Part shown: piece after piece, positions 1 to 9,159 of the stretch
Layout: every line of letters begins with the position of its first letter
How positions within the stretch are numbered: position 1 is the first letter of the stretch
Source of the DNA: a bacterium
GTDB taxonomy: Bacteria; Patescibacteriota; Minisyncoccia; JAUYLV01
Reading direction: 5' to 3'
DNA length: 58,974 bases
Assembly: GCA_030699565.1 (NCBI GenBank)
Contig: JAUYLV010000053.1
Location: 1-58,974, forward strand
Made by a program: the position numbers and the translations under genes
The notes under the pieces: generated by a model
Databases searched by the model: none
What the model was told of the DNA's origin: nothing
The model's input: only the letters and a program-made list of their open reading frames with translations

Positions 1-578
1 AGACTCGTAATGAAAACGAACCAAATCAGCGCAATAGGCCCAAAGCATTTACCGACGCCGGCAGTACCTCTCCGTTGAAACGCGAAGAGCGCCAGAAGAA
101 TCACAATCGATATATGCACGGAATAAGGAACGAGGGTCGAAGTTACGTGGCGCAAACCTTCTATGGCGGCCATAACCGAAATGGCAGGCGTCAGAATGCT
201 CTCGGCAAATAGCAGCGATGCGGATCCCAGCAGAATAATAATAAGGATCGAAGTTCCGGGCACCGCATGGCGCCGCAGTAGTCCCATGAGCGCAAACGGT
301 CCACCTTCGCCCCGGTTATCCGCGCGTAGCACCAGAAGCATATACTTGAAAGATGTTATCAACGTTAGCGTCCATATGAGGAGGCTGATGACGCCGATGA
401 TGCTTTCGGGATTCTGCGCCACGTTCGCCGATCCGAAGAATAGTTCATTGACTGCATAGAGAACGGATGTGCCGATATCGCTGAATACGATGCCAAGCGC
501 AATAAGCACAAGATTGAGATCTTTGCGATTCAAAGCAAGTTTCAGGGGATAGCATACGGAACGAATGTCTCGGATCAT
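1..578 (-). CDS. kup: Kup/HAK/KT potassium uptake protein, N-terminal part (runs off the window)
   Basis: Not in the ORF track. My reverse-complement translation from the ATG at 578-576 reads MIRDIRSV...VFSDIGTSVLYA...LRADNRGEGGPFAL...ILTPAISVMAAIEGL, which matches Kup N-terminal motifs. Confidence 0.85.
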   Translation of the reverse strand, partial: MIRDIRSVCYPLKLALNRKDLNLVLIALGIVFSDIGTSVLYAVNELFFGSANVAQNPESIIGVISLLIWTLTLITSFKYMLLVLRADNRGEGGPFALMGLLRRHAVPGTSILIIILLGSASLLFAESILTPAISVMAAIEGLRHVTSTLVPYSVHISIVILLALFAFQRRGTAGVGKCFGPIALIWFVFITS

Positions 579-654
579 TACGTACTCCTTTGTATATAAG
601 TTTTAAAGGAAGCCAAGAGTTTGTTATATCACACTTTGCAGATTTTGTGTAGAA

Positions 655-683
655 ACGAAAAACCCCGCCGCAAGGCGGGGTTT
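655..683 (-). terminator. Intrinsic terminator after the PEGA-domain gene
   Basis: Stem AACCCCGCC / GGCGGGGTT with a GCAA loop. The minus strand has a T-run, 30 nt downstream of the stop at 714. Confidence 0.7.
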
Positions 684-713
684 GGCGGTATAAAACCCCA
701 ATTGCCCTAAGGA

Positions 714-2204
714 TTATTTTATTTCTCCCGGTACCGGCGCTACTTTCGGATCCGGCGTCAGATTGAAGCGCGCAAGCCGATTCTGCATGATTATGAATGC
801 CGCCTCTTCCGTAATATGCTCAACGCGAACCGTGCCGTCACGCACCAGCTGCGCGTTATTGCGCACCGATCCGCGATCGTCAAGCTCTATGGCGAATAGT
901 CCCTCGGTAATAACGTAGAAAATGTAATCATTTGAGGCGGGATGCCATCGCGCATCCTTGATGCGGGTGCCGAATCGCGCGACAAGCACCTGCTCGCCCC
1001 GTTTATGAATCGGTTGCACCAGTACATCATCGAGGTAGTAGATCCAAAGTTCATGCATGCTGCGCATCAGGAGTTTCTTACCGTCCGGTGAACGGCTGAT
1101 TGCCGTAACATGTTCGCGGAGCATCTGTCTTCTGCCATCCTCATCGACAAGCCAAACCGTTCCGGATTGGGCATTGGGAGGCGCGATAAGCACCGCATAT
1201 CTTCGGCCGGCAGGTTCAACCGAAAATACCGGCATACCATCGGCAGCATCCGTAAACGGATCGACCGCAAGCTGCCGGGATGAAATCTGGCCGATCGGGC
1301 GCGATGCAAGGAGGGGCGGCACCCCCTCTATCGTAATGATGTTCCCGCCTCCGATCGCCACAGTCCAGGCGGAGGCGGTAATTAGCTGCTGCGGCAGATT
1401 TTGGCGATATGGCCATTCCCAAAGCGCGTAATCCGCATCTTTCCAAAGCACCAGATTTTCATCCGCAAAGAGCAGGGGATTGCCGCCGGCTATGGCGGGT
1501 TTGAGCGAAGTAGCCGAAACCGCCAAGGAATTGGCGGGATTTCTAAGATCGATCTGCCGCATATTTAGCACGGTACCTCCGCGCCGGGCTTCAACGACGA
1601 GCTTGCGGTTATTGTCGAAAAAGCGATGTAGGGTGAGGGCTGTCTGCGAATACACCCCTCGGCGGTTCTTTTCTTCGGTAATAGCGAATGCGGTATCCGA
1701 CTGGCGGGTTGTTGTATCGATGATCGCGATCCAGCTGGTTGCATCGCTGCGCGACGCAACCGCCGCGAGGCTTCCGTCCGGCGAAATCAGCACATCTTCG
1801 GGGGTGGTGAAATAGAGCGTCTTAGGCTCGTTTCCCTCCGGAAATAAAAATATATTCCGGGCCTCGGTTACCTCACGGGCGCGTACGAGTAGTTTTTTTA
1901 CCCACGGCTTATAACCGGTACGCTCGACGCGAATGTCGTATTCACCAGGAATGATGTTGGCGATAAGGCCGGGCTTGGTAAGGGCGTCCTGAAAAGGACT
2001 TGCGGTTATGCCGCGCCGCACGCCATTTATGGAAATGACCGCACCCGAAGGTTCCGATTTTATGAAAATCGCGCCCGTGGAGACGAACCGTTTCTTGGCG
2101 ATGTCGAACCGGTATCCACGCGCATATAACACCGCCATTGGGGAGACGGTAATGAACACCATAAAAAGCGCCCAAAACATGAATTGCCGGACTTTTCGTG
2201 TCAT
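714..2204 (-). CDS. Membrane-anchored PEGA-domain protein, function unknown
   Basis: 496 aa. N-terminal TM helix, then a PEGA-like segment (IKSEPSGAVISINGV...IIPGEYDIRVERTGYKPW). The rest is unassigned. Confidence 0.6.
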   Translation of the reverse strand: MTRKVRQFMFWALFMVFITVSPMAVLYARGYRFDIAKKRFVSTGAIFIKSEPSGAVISINGVRRGITASPFQDALTKPGLIANIIPGEYDIRVERTGYKPWVKKLLVRAREVTEARNIFLFPEGNEPKTLYFTTPEDVLISPDGSLAAVASRSDATSWIAIIDTTTRQSDTAFAITEEKNRRGVYSQTALTLHRFFDNNRKLVVEARRGGTVLNMRQIDLRNPANSLAVSATSLKPAIAGGNPLLFADENLVLWKDADYALWEWPYRQNLPQQLITASAWTVAIGGGNIITIEGVPPLLASRPIGQISSRQLAVDPFTDAADGMPVFSVEPAGRRYAVLIAPPNAQSGTVWLVDEDGRRQMLREHVTAISRSPDGKKLLMRSMHELWIYYLDDVLVQPIHKRGEQVLVARFGTRIKDARWHPASNDYIFYVITEGLFAIELDDRGSVRNNAQLVRDGTVRVEHITEEAAFIIMQNRLARFNLTPDPKVAPVPGEIK

Positions 2205-2281
2205 GCGTTTAATGATACGCTATGCATAGATAATCGTCTAAGGAATTATATGTTGCGAGGAATCCCGTTATTCCTCAATTA

Positions 2282-2437
2282 CATTGAATTATGAAACTTG
2301 GCTAGTTGTCATTCCCGCCCCCGATAGCTCGAGGGTAAACTATGGCGGGAATCTATATAAACCAGGATAATTCTGGATTCCCGCCTCCGTGGGAATGACA
2401 CAGATAAAGAGTTTCATGCTACACAGCAATTAACATG
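2282..2437. mobile_element. MITE-like element, family A copy 1
   Basis: Left end CATTGAATTATGAAAC, right end GTTTCAT..AATTAACATG. Interior holds GTCATTCCCGCC...GGCGGGAATC and GATTCCCGCC..GGGAATGAC modules. Same ends and modules as 31160-31282. Confidence 0.6.
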
Positions 2438-2493
2438 TTGAAGGGTGAAATAACGCGGCAATTGTTACTCAAAATGTTCAAGATTGAAGACAT

Positions 2494-3852
2494 ATGACCC
2501 AAGATCAGCAATTCATCATACGCGGCGGCCGGATTCTTTCCGGGACCGTTCGGGTCGGCGGGGCAAAAAACGCCGCGCTCAAAGTGATTGCCGCCTCGCT
2601 TTTAAGCAAAGAGCCGTGGCGAATCGAGCGCCTTCCCTTGGTGGAGGATGTTTTACGCGTTGTGGAACTTGTGCGCAGTTTAGGCGTTGCGGTTTCGGGT
2701 CCCCAGGTGGATGGCACGGTTATTCTGCACGCTGAAGGTGAAGTTGTTTCCGATTTGGATACGGAGATCGCCAAACGCATTCGGGCATCGATCGTGCTGA
2801 CGGGGCCGATACTTGCCAGGCAGGGTCGCGTTTCGTTCCCGCATCCGGGAGGCTGCGTTATCGGGGAGCGGCCCATCGATGTGTTTCTGAAGGGCTATCG
2901 GGCGATGGGCGCTGAAGTCGCCGAAGAAAATGATCGCTATGTCGTTACCGCCTTGGGCGGCCTTCGCGGAGCAGATATATTTTTTCCGGTCGTATCGGTA
3001 ACGGGAACGGAAACACTGATGATGGCCGCAACCCTCGCCAAGGGAACGACGGTGTTGCGTAATGCGGCCATGGAGCCGGAGGTCGCATCGCTTGCGGATT
3101 TTCTCAATGCTTGCGGTGCCAGAATTTCAGGTCATGGCACGCCGACAATTCGTATCGAAGGCGTAGATGCGCTCGGTGGCGGCACGTATCGCACCATGCC
3201 CGATCGTATCGAAACCGGTTCTTTTGCGCTTATGGCCGCCGCCACCAGAAGCAAAATTGCCATCGAGGCATGCGAACCGTCCCATCTTGACGCCCTGTGG
3301 GATTTGCTTCAGTATGCGGGTGTATTGGTCGAAAAACGCGAACAATCCGTGCTGATCGACGCGACGGGTTCCGCCCCCCTTGCCCCAAAAAATATCACTA
3401 CGCACGAATACCCGGGCTTTGCCACCGATTTGCAGGCGCCAGCGGTTGTGTTCCTTACCCAATGTTCGGGTGCGGCGCGCGTGCATGAGACGATCTTCGA
3501 GGGACGCCTGCAGTGGACGGGCGATCTGGTGCGCATGGGCGCTTCCATTGAAATGGCCGATCCGCATCGCGTATTCGTGCACGGTCCGGCGTCCCTGCGT
3601 GGACGCAGCATTAAAAGTCCGGATATCAGGGCGGGTATGGCGTTCGTGATAGCGGCGCTGGTGGCGGAGGGAGAAACGACCATTCATAATATATATCAGA
3701 TCGACCGTGGTTATGAAAAACTGGAGGAACGGCTTCGGCGCATCGGGGCGGATATCAGACGCGTAACCGGTAACCAGGAACCCGTAATTAGCACTTCGTC
3801 GGTGGCTGATGACGCATCATATGCTCTTTCAGGAAGAACCGGAAAATTTTAA
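2494..3852 (+). CDS. murA: UDP-N-acetylglucosamine 1-carboxyvinyltransferase
   Basis: 452 aa. FIIRGGRILSGTVRVGGAKNAALK N-terminus and active-site loop HPGGCVIGERPID. About 30 aa of C-terminal tail beyond the usual end. Confidence 0.9.
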   Translation: MTQDQQFIIRGGRILSGTVRVGGAKNAALKVIAASLLSKEPWRIERLPLVEDVLRVVELVRSLGVAVSGPQVDGTVILHAEGEVVSDLDTEIAKRIRASIVLTGPILARQGRVSFPHPGGCVIGERPIDVFLKGYRAMGAEVAEENDRYVVTALGGLRGADIFFPVVSVTGTETLMMAATLAKGTTVLRNAAMEPEVASLADFLNACGARISGHGTPTIRIEGVDALGGGTYRTMPDRIETGSFALMAAATRSKIAIEACEPSHLDALWDLLQYAGVLVEKREQSVLIDATGSAPLAPKNITTHEYPGFATDLQAPAVVFLTQCSGAARVHETIFEGRLQWTGDLVRMGASIEMADPHRVFVHGPASLRGRSIKSPDIRAGMAFVIAALVAEGETTIHNIYQIDRGYEKLEERLRRIGADIRRVTGNQEPVISTSSVADDASYALSGRTGKF

Positions 3853-4252
3853 ACCGAATGCCGAAGTGGTCGGTTGCTACTGCGAACATGACGGCAGAAT
3901 ACTCATGGTGCACCGGAACGATTCCGCCGGCACCGAAGATGCATGGGGATTGCCCGCGGGGCATGTTGAGCGCGGAGAAGTTTTAGAGGAGGCGCTTTGC
4001 AGGGAATTATTCGAAGAGCTCGGATGGCGGGTTTCGGCGGAACAATGCGCATACATCGGCAAAGTGTTTGTGCGCCGCGATGAAGATTGGATTTTTCATA
4101 TATATCGCTTGACGCTGGATACCGAACCGACCGTGACGCTGAATGAGGAGAATAAACACTACGCATGGGTGACACCGCAAGAGGCACTCGGCATGAAGCT
4201 GGTTCCGCACGGGGCCGATTGCATACGGATGTACTATCCGGAAGAAATGTAA
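3809..4252 (+). CDS. NUDIX hydrolase
   Basis: Nudix box GHVERGEVLEEALCRELFEELG. The start is uncertain (3809 or 3821) and overlaps the murA tail. Confidence 0.75.
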   Translation: MTHHMLFQEEPENFKPNAEVVGCYCEHDGRILMVHRNDSAGTEDAWGLPAGHVERGEVLEEALCRELFEELGWRVSAEQCAYIGKVFVRRDEDWIFHIYRLTLDTEPTVTLNEENKHYAWVTPQEALGMKLVPHGADCIRMYYPEEM

Positions 4253-4254
4253 AG

Positions 4255-4348
4255 TGTAAATCTCAAAATGAAAAATTATGGAGTGAAAGTTTTATTAAAA
4301 ACTTTCACGATAATCCTAAATTTTGATTTTTGACTTTTGAATTTTACA
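4255..4348. repeat. AT-rich palindromic intergenic element upstream of mreB
   Basis: Central perfect hairpin GTGAAAGTTTT-ATT-AAAACTTTCAC (4283-4308). It is nested in outer imperfect arms TGTAAATCTCAAAATGAAAAAT / ATTTTTGACTTTTGAATTTTACA. Confidence 0.6.
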
Positions 4349-4357
4349 TTTTCTATT

Positions 4358-5362
4358 ATGCCAAAGAAGTTAGGTATCGATCTGGGAACCGCAAATACCC
4401 TTGTTTTCATCCCGAAGAAGGGGGTGATTATTAACGAACCTTCGGTGGTTGCGGTTTCAAAAGACGAAAACCGCATCGTTGCGGTCGGCAATGAAGCAAA
4501 AGAGATGCTTGGCCGGTCCCCCGATTTCATTGTGGTTACCCGGCCCATGCGTGACGGGGTCATTGCGGATTATCGTGTTACGGAGGCGATGCTCCGGTAT
4601 TTTATCCGTAAAGCATCGGGTGCCATCAGTATTTTCAGACCCGAGGTCATTATATCGGTTCCTGCGGGCATTACCTCAACGGAACGCAGGGCCGTCATTG
4701 AGGCGGCGCTGTCGGCGGGCGCTAAGGCGGCATATATCGTCAAAGAGCCGCTGCTGGCGGCGATCGGCGCGGGGCTTGCGGTGCAGCAGCCGAGCGGACA
4801 TTTGGTGGTGAACATCGGAGGTGGCACGTCGGAAGTCGCGGTCATATCGCTTTCCGGCATTGTCACGTGGGCATCGGTGCGCGTGGCGGGCGACAAGCTT
4901 GATCGGGCGATCGTGGAGTACGTAAAACACACCCATAACGTGGCGATAGGTGATCGCACGGCCGAGGAGATTAAGATGCTCATCGGCGCGGCCGTCGAGG
5001 GGGTTGAAGAGCAAGCCGCGCAATTCCGCGGACGCGATCTGGTGTCGGGCCTTCCCAAAACCATCGAAATCACCACCAATGAAGTCGTACGGGCGATTTC
5101 CGAGGAGTTGTACGATATTCTGCGCGCGGTAAAACAGGTGCTCGGGCAGACACCGCCGGAACTGGCCGCCGATATTCTCGAAAAAGGCATGACGCTCTCG
5201 GGCGGAGGCGCCCTGCTGCGCGGCATCGACCAATTCTTGTCGCGCGGCACGGGGATTCCGGCCATGGTGGCCTCCGAGCCGCTCTTCTGCGTTGCCAAAG
5301 GCACGGGCGAAGTTTTGAATAATCTTGATCTCTACAAGCGCGCGGTGATGACGAAGAGATAG
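4358..5362 (+). CDS. mreB: Rod shape-determining actin homologue MreB
   Basis: GIDLGTANTLVF phosphate-1 motif and MreB-like sequence over the full length. Start chosen at MPKKLGIDLG. Confidence 0.9.
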   Translation: MPKKLGIDLGTANTLVFIPKKGVIINEPSVVAVSKDENRIVAVGNEAKEMLGRSPDFIVVTRPMRDGVIADYRVTEAMLRYFIRKASGAISIFRPEVIISVPAGITSTERRAVIEAALSAGAKAAYIVKEPLLAAIGAGLAVQQPSGHLVVNIGGGTSEVAVISLSGIVTWASVRVAGDKLDRAIVEYVKHTHNVAIGDRTAEEIKMLIGAAVEGVEEQAAQFRGRDLVSGLPKTIEITTNEVVRAISEELYDILRAVKQVLGQTPPELAADILEKGMTLSGGGALLRGIDQFLSRGTGIPAMVASEPLFCVAKGTGEVLNNLDLYKRAVMTKR

Positions 5363-5364
5363 AG

Positions 5365-5398
5365 CTAGTAACTCGTAACTAGTAATCAGTAACTAGTA
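5365..5398. repeat. GTAAC-type short-period repeat directly after the mreB stop
   Basis: CTAGTAACTCGTAACTAGTAATCAGTAACTAGTA. A related run occurs at 22160-22196. Confidence 0.5.
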
Positions 5399-5547
5399 TG
5401 TTGAGCCGCTTGAGCGGTTTTTTTTGTATTCTCTGTTTGTCTCGTGCGTATCAAAAAACTCCCCGATGGTGATTGAGGAGGGATTTTCCGCAGTGAAAGC
5501 TTGGGTTTACTTAGAAGTGCAAAGCGTCAATTTGTCGGATTAAGCCC

Positions 5548-5575
5548 TACCCTATTACAGCCATGTAATAGGGTA
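5548..5575. repeat. 28-nt perfect hairpin element, copy 1
   Basis: TACCCTATTACA-GCCA-TGTAATAGGGTA. The exact reverse complement occurs at 52081-52108. Confidence 0.8.
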
Positions 5576-5635
5576 AAGACGTAGTGATACATTTTCCCGT
5601 GCGGCATTGAACGCTTTGCCGTAAACTACCTCTAT

Positions 5636-6907
5636 ATGCATCTCGAATTCCCAAAAGGATTTTTATGGGGAGCGGCAACTGCGGCGCATCAGGTTGAAGG
5701 GAATACTCACAACGATTGGACGGAATGGGAGCGGATGAATGCCGAACGGCTTGCAAAAGAAGCCCAAAAGCGCCACAACGGTGATGCATCGTGGCGCTTT
5801 CCCGAAGCGTTTAACCCACAAAACTACATTTCAGGCCGTGCTTGCGACCATTACAACCGCTTTGCCGAAGATTTTGATATCGCCAAGTCCCTTGGCCACA
5901 ACGCGCATCGGTTTTCCATTGAATGGTCGCGCGTGGAGCCAGAGGAAGGCGTGTTCGACGAAAAGGCCATCGCGCATTACCGCGAGGTTCTTTTGGCGTT
6001 GCGCCAGCGCGGCATCGAGCCTTTTGTGACGTTGTGGCATTTTACCAATCCGTCGTGGTTTGCAAAAAAAGGCGGCTGGGAGCGAAAAGAGAACATCGAT
6101 GCCTTTTTGAGATATGTTGCCCGGGTTGTGGATCGTTTGGACGGCGTACGGTATTGGATCGTCATCAATGAGCCGACCGTATATACGGGAGCCGCATATA
6201 TCGGCGGCTTGTTTCCGCCCCAAAGGAAAAGCCTTTTTACGGCTTTTTTGGTGTTGAAGAATTTACTTACGGCGCACCGACGGGCATATGCATTACTGCA
6301 TCGAAGGCGCGAGGAGCGCATATATGTAGGCACTTCGCATAATCTGCATTATTTTGTTCCTTATCGACGTTGGTGGATTCCCGACCATCTGGCGGTCGCG
6401 TTCGTAACTTATATCGCCGATCTTTACCAGTTGCGAATCGTCCGGAGGCATTGCGATTTTATCGGATTGAACTATTATTTTCGCGATGTGATCAAGTTCG
6501 TGCTTGGTGGTGGCGCCTATGGTTTGGCGGATCGGGTCAATCCGAATCAAATCGTGTCCGACTTGGGGTGGGATATGTACCCGCGCGGGATATATCAGGT
6601 GCTGATCAGGCTTCGGAGGTACCAAAAACCCATCTATATTACCGAAAACGGCGTTGCCGATGCGTATGACGAAAAGCGCGCAGATTTCATTCATGAGCAT
6701 CTGCAATGGGTACACAAAGCCATTGCCGAAGGCGCGGATGTGCGGGGATATTTCCACTGGTCGCTTCTGGATAACTTCGAATGGGATAAAGGCTTTTGGC
6801 CGCGCTTCGGTCTGGTTGAAATGGACTATAAAACGCTTGAGCGGAAGATCAGACCATCGGCGAGGGTATATCAGAGGATTTGTGCGATGAACGCATTGCC
6901 GGAGTAA
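5636..6907 (+). CDS. Glycoside hydrolase family 1 beta-glucosidase
   Basis: 423 aa. Acid/base motif WIVINEPTVY and nucleophile motif IYITENGVAD. Confidence 0.85.
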   Translation: MHLEFPKGFLWGAATAAHQVEGNTHNDWTEWERMNAERLAKEAQKRHNGDASWRFPEAFNPQNYISGRACDHYNRFAEDFDIAKSLGHNAHRFSIEWSRVEPEEGVFDEKAIAHYREVLLALRQRGIEPFVTLWHFTNPSWFAKKGGWERKENIDAFLRYVARVVDRLDGVRYWIVINEPTVYTGAAYIGGLFPPQRKSLFTAFLVLKNLLTAHRRAYALLHRRREERIYVGTSHNLHYFVPYRRWWIPDHLAVAFVTYIADLYQLRIVRRHCDFIGLNYYFRDVIKFVLGGGAYGLADRVNPNQIVSDLGWDMYPRGIYQVLIRLRRYQKPIYITENGVADAYDEKRADFIHEHLQWVHKAIAEGADVRGYFHWSLLDNFEWDKGFWPRFGLVEMDYKTLERKIRPSARVYQRICAMNALPE

Positions 6908-6929
6908 AAGGACTATAAAGGAACATGTT

Positions 6930-7064
6930 GTCATCGCGAACCCCGATGCATTTGATCGGGGTGCGGCGATCTATTCGATAATCATTTTGAAGTGATGGGG
7001 AAAAGATTGCTTCGTCATCCCGCTATATAAAATGAATTAAATGGTTGGGATTTCTCGCAATGAC
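6930..7064. repeat. GTCAT..ATGAC hairpin modules (dispersed family)
   Basis: GTCATCGCGAACCCCGATGCATTTGATCGGGGTGCGGCGATC and GTCATCCCGC...GGGATTTCTCGCAATGAC. Confidence 0.6.
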
Positions 7065-7120
7065 GTGCAGATTCATGAAAAATTCTGGACAGGCGTCGGA
7101 CGTAGCGCTATACTGGCCTC

Positions 7121-7615
7121 ATGTTCAGCGAGTCTTCACGCTTCATAAGTCCAACCAAAGGTGAGATGAGCTTCGGCGAGGTAGTGGGTGATGTTTCAGC
7201 CTTCATTGAGGCTGAACCTGCCCGCTATAACCTGATTGTAGGCACGGATTCTGAAGACGGAACTGAAGTGGATTTTGTGAGTGTCATTGTTATACACCGT
7301 GTTGGCAAGTGCGCGCGGTATTTTTGGCTGCGCCGCACCGAACCCCGCATGCCTTCGTTGCGCCAGCGCATCTACCACGAAGCCGCGCTTTCGCTGGCGC
7401 TGGCGCAGCAATTGACGCACGGCGTCGGAGAAATCCTTAACGGCTATTTGACGAGCGGCGTCTGCCAGCTGGAGGTGCATGTGGATATCGGCCAGTTCGG
7501 GGCTACGCGCGATATGATCAAAGAGATCGTCGGCATGATCCACGGCAGCGGTTTTGCGGTAAAGATCAAGCCGGAATCGTACGCGGCAAGCGCGGTTGCC
7601 GACAAACACGTGTAA
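7121..7615 (+). CDS. YkuK/DUF458-like RNase H-fold protein
   Basis: 164 aa. The pattern FIEAEP..YNLIVGTDS......VSVIVIHRVGKCARYFW resembles the B. subtilis YkuK family as I recall it. Confidence 0.55.
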   Translation: MFSESSRFISPTKGEMSFGEVVGDVSAFIEAEPARYNLIVGTDSEDGTEVDFVSVIVIHRVGKCARYFWLRRTEPRMPSLRQRIYHEAALSLALAQQLTHGVGEILNGYLTSGVCQLEVHVDIGQFGATRDMIKEIVGMIHGSGFAVKIKPESYAASAVADKHV

Positions 7616-7624
7616 AAAGTTGCG

Positions 7625-7728
7625 GAGTGACAGAGTGACAATGTGACAGAGTGAAAGGTGTAGATAGTATTTAAAAAAAATTCTACTCCGATTACTTCGT
7701 CACTTCGTCACAAGGTCACTTCGTCGTT
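7625..7728. repeat. GTGAC/GTCAC short-period inverted repeat element
   Basis: GAGTGACAGAGTGACAATGTGACAGAGTGA ... CTTCGTCACTTCGTCACAAGGTCACTTCGTC. It fills the ykuK-exonuclease spacer. Confidence 0.6.
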
Positions 7729-7731
7729 CGT

Positions 7732-8304
7732 ATGAGTGAGATCGTTCTGGATCTGGAAACAAAAAAATCATTCGATGACGTCGGTGGACGCACTAATTTT
7801 CATTTGCTGGAAGTATCGCTTGTGGGTGTCTATGATTACGCGTCGGATCGGTTCATGACCTTCCAGGAACACCAACTAGGAGAGTTGGAAAAACTTTTGC
7901 AGCGCGCCCAGCGCATTATCGGCTTCAACACGAAGAATTTTGATTATGCGGTGCTACAGCCTTATGTGGCCACCAATCTTAAGGCTTTGCCCTCGCTCGA
8001 TATTTTGGAGGAGATCGCAAAAATACTCGGGCATCGCGTCAGCCTCGATAGCCTTGCTACATCGACTTTGAAGATGCAAAAAAGCGGCGATGGCTTGAAG
8101 GCCATTCGGCTTTATCGGGAAGGCAAGATCGATGAACTTGCCGATTATTGCCTGCAGGATGTCCGGCTAACGCGCGATATTTACGAATACGGCGCTACGC
8201 ATGGCAAATTAATGTACGAAAGCCGCTATGGCGGGCCGGGAGAAGTTGCCGTGACATGGAAGCGTCTTGCGCCCAGCGAGGCGCCGCTGCGGCTGGCGCT
8301 CTAA
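7732..8304 (+). CDS. DEDD-type 3'-5' exonuclease-like protein (RNase H fold)
   Basis: 190 aa. Exo motifs IVLDLET, GFNTKNFDYAVL and YCLQDVRLTRDIY. Confidence 0.55.
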   Translation: MSEIVLDLETKKSFDDVGGRTNFHLLEVSLVGVYDYASDRFMTFQEHQLGELEKLLQRAQRIIGFNTKNFDYAVLQPYVATNLKALPSLDILEEIAKILGHRVSLDSLATSTLKMQKSGDGLKAIRLYREGKIDELADYCLQDVRLTRDIYEYGATHGKLMYESRYGGPGEVAVTWKRLAPSEAPLRLAL

Positions 8305-8341
8305 GCTATAAAGAAGCTTGCGATGACTTAATTTTGCGACA

Positions 8342-8372
8342 GAAAAACCCGGCTAGGAGCCGGGTGTTTTGT
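8342..8372. terminator. Bidirectional intrinsic terminator
   Basis: Stem ACCCGGCT-AGG-AGCCGGGT flanked by A-run and T-run. It lies between convergent genes and overlaps the minus-strand stop at 8353. Confidence 0.7.
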
Positions 8373-8958
8373 TTGAAACGGTTTTGAACGTAAGCGTTCG
8401 CAACCATTTTGTCATGGCTACGATGGCCAACGGGCCCAGGACGGCCCATAAACACCATTCAATGACCGAAAGCAAGGGAAGTGTCTGGGTGATGCGAGGA
8501 TCGTTTCGTGAGAGGATTCCCGCAAATTGCGAATTGGTCAGGGGCCAAAAGTAGCGATGGGCGTTATCGGTATGCGTTAGGTAATCGATTGCGATGTGGC
8601 CTATGAGCCATCCGACGGCAAGCGGCAGCATATAGGGACGCAGGCGTTTTGCGAGGGCCAGGGTTCCGATAACGGCAAGCGCGATCGGAATCGAATGGAA
8701 TATCATTGTCGGTATGATCACCCACCATGTCGCAAACAGATTCCAGTGCACGGGCGAGCCGATCAGGCTTTCGATCTGGATCTTCTTGATGTACGCGTAA
8801 ATCATGACGTAATCGGGAAGCGTCGCTCCCAAAACGGCAAGAGAAAAAGCGATGATGATCGAAAGGGGAGAGGTGAAGTATTCGCGCACGCGCTCTTTGG
8901 CATACCATATCCAAAGCCAAAGATTGAAGGCGATCAAGCCATGGGTATGGGTATCCAC
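8353..8958 (-). CDS. Membrane-bound metal-dependent hydrolase-like protein (YdjM/DUF457-like)
   Basis: GTG start preceded by AAGGAG. The N-terminus is VDTHTHGLIA, followed by several TM helices. The longer 241-aa ORF start is probably spurious. Confidence 0.5.
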   Translation of the reverse strand: MDTHTHGLIAFNLWLWIWYAKERVREYFTSPLSIIIAFSLAVLGATLPDYVMIYAYIKKIQIESLIGSPVHWNLFATWWVIIPTMIFHSIPIALAVIGTLALAKRLRPYMLPLAVGWLIGHIAIDYLTHTDNAHRYFWPLTNSQFAGILSRNDPRITQTLPLLSVIEWCLWAVLGPLAIVAMTKWLRTLTFKTVSNKTPGS

Positions 8959-9159
8959 GTGATTTCTCCTTATTGAGAACTTATGTATTCGGCGCATTTC
9001 GTCGTTGTGCGCTGCGATGCTCAATGCCGTACGATCAGTACGCCTTTTTCCGCTTCTCACGCACGCCTCGAACTGCATCCAAATACATAAGTCCTCACTC
9101 CAAACTTATGCGGTTTTCCTATTATCGATTTATTAAAGAACCAATGTTCAACAAGCGTA

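Noticed and set aside
163-459. 98-aa plus-strand ORF at the left edge
   Set aside because: It lies entirely antisense within the clearly recognisable kup coding sequence, and its translation is Arg/Ser/Pro-rich with no motif.
8970-8990. LexA/Cheo box upstream of the YdjM-like gene (AGAACTTATGTATTCG)
   Set aside because: The second half-site is GTAT rather than GTTC, two mismatches in the critical positions, and no lexA gene is in the window to support an SOS link.
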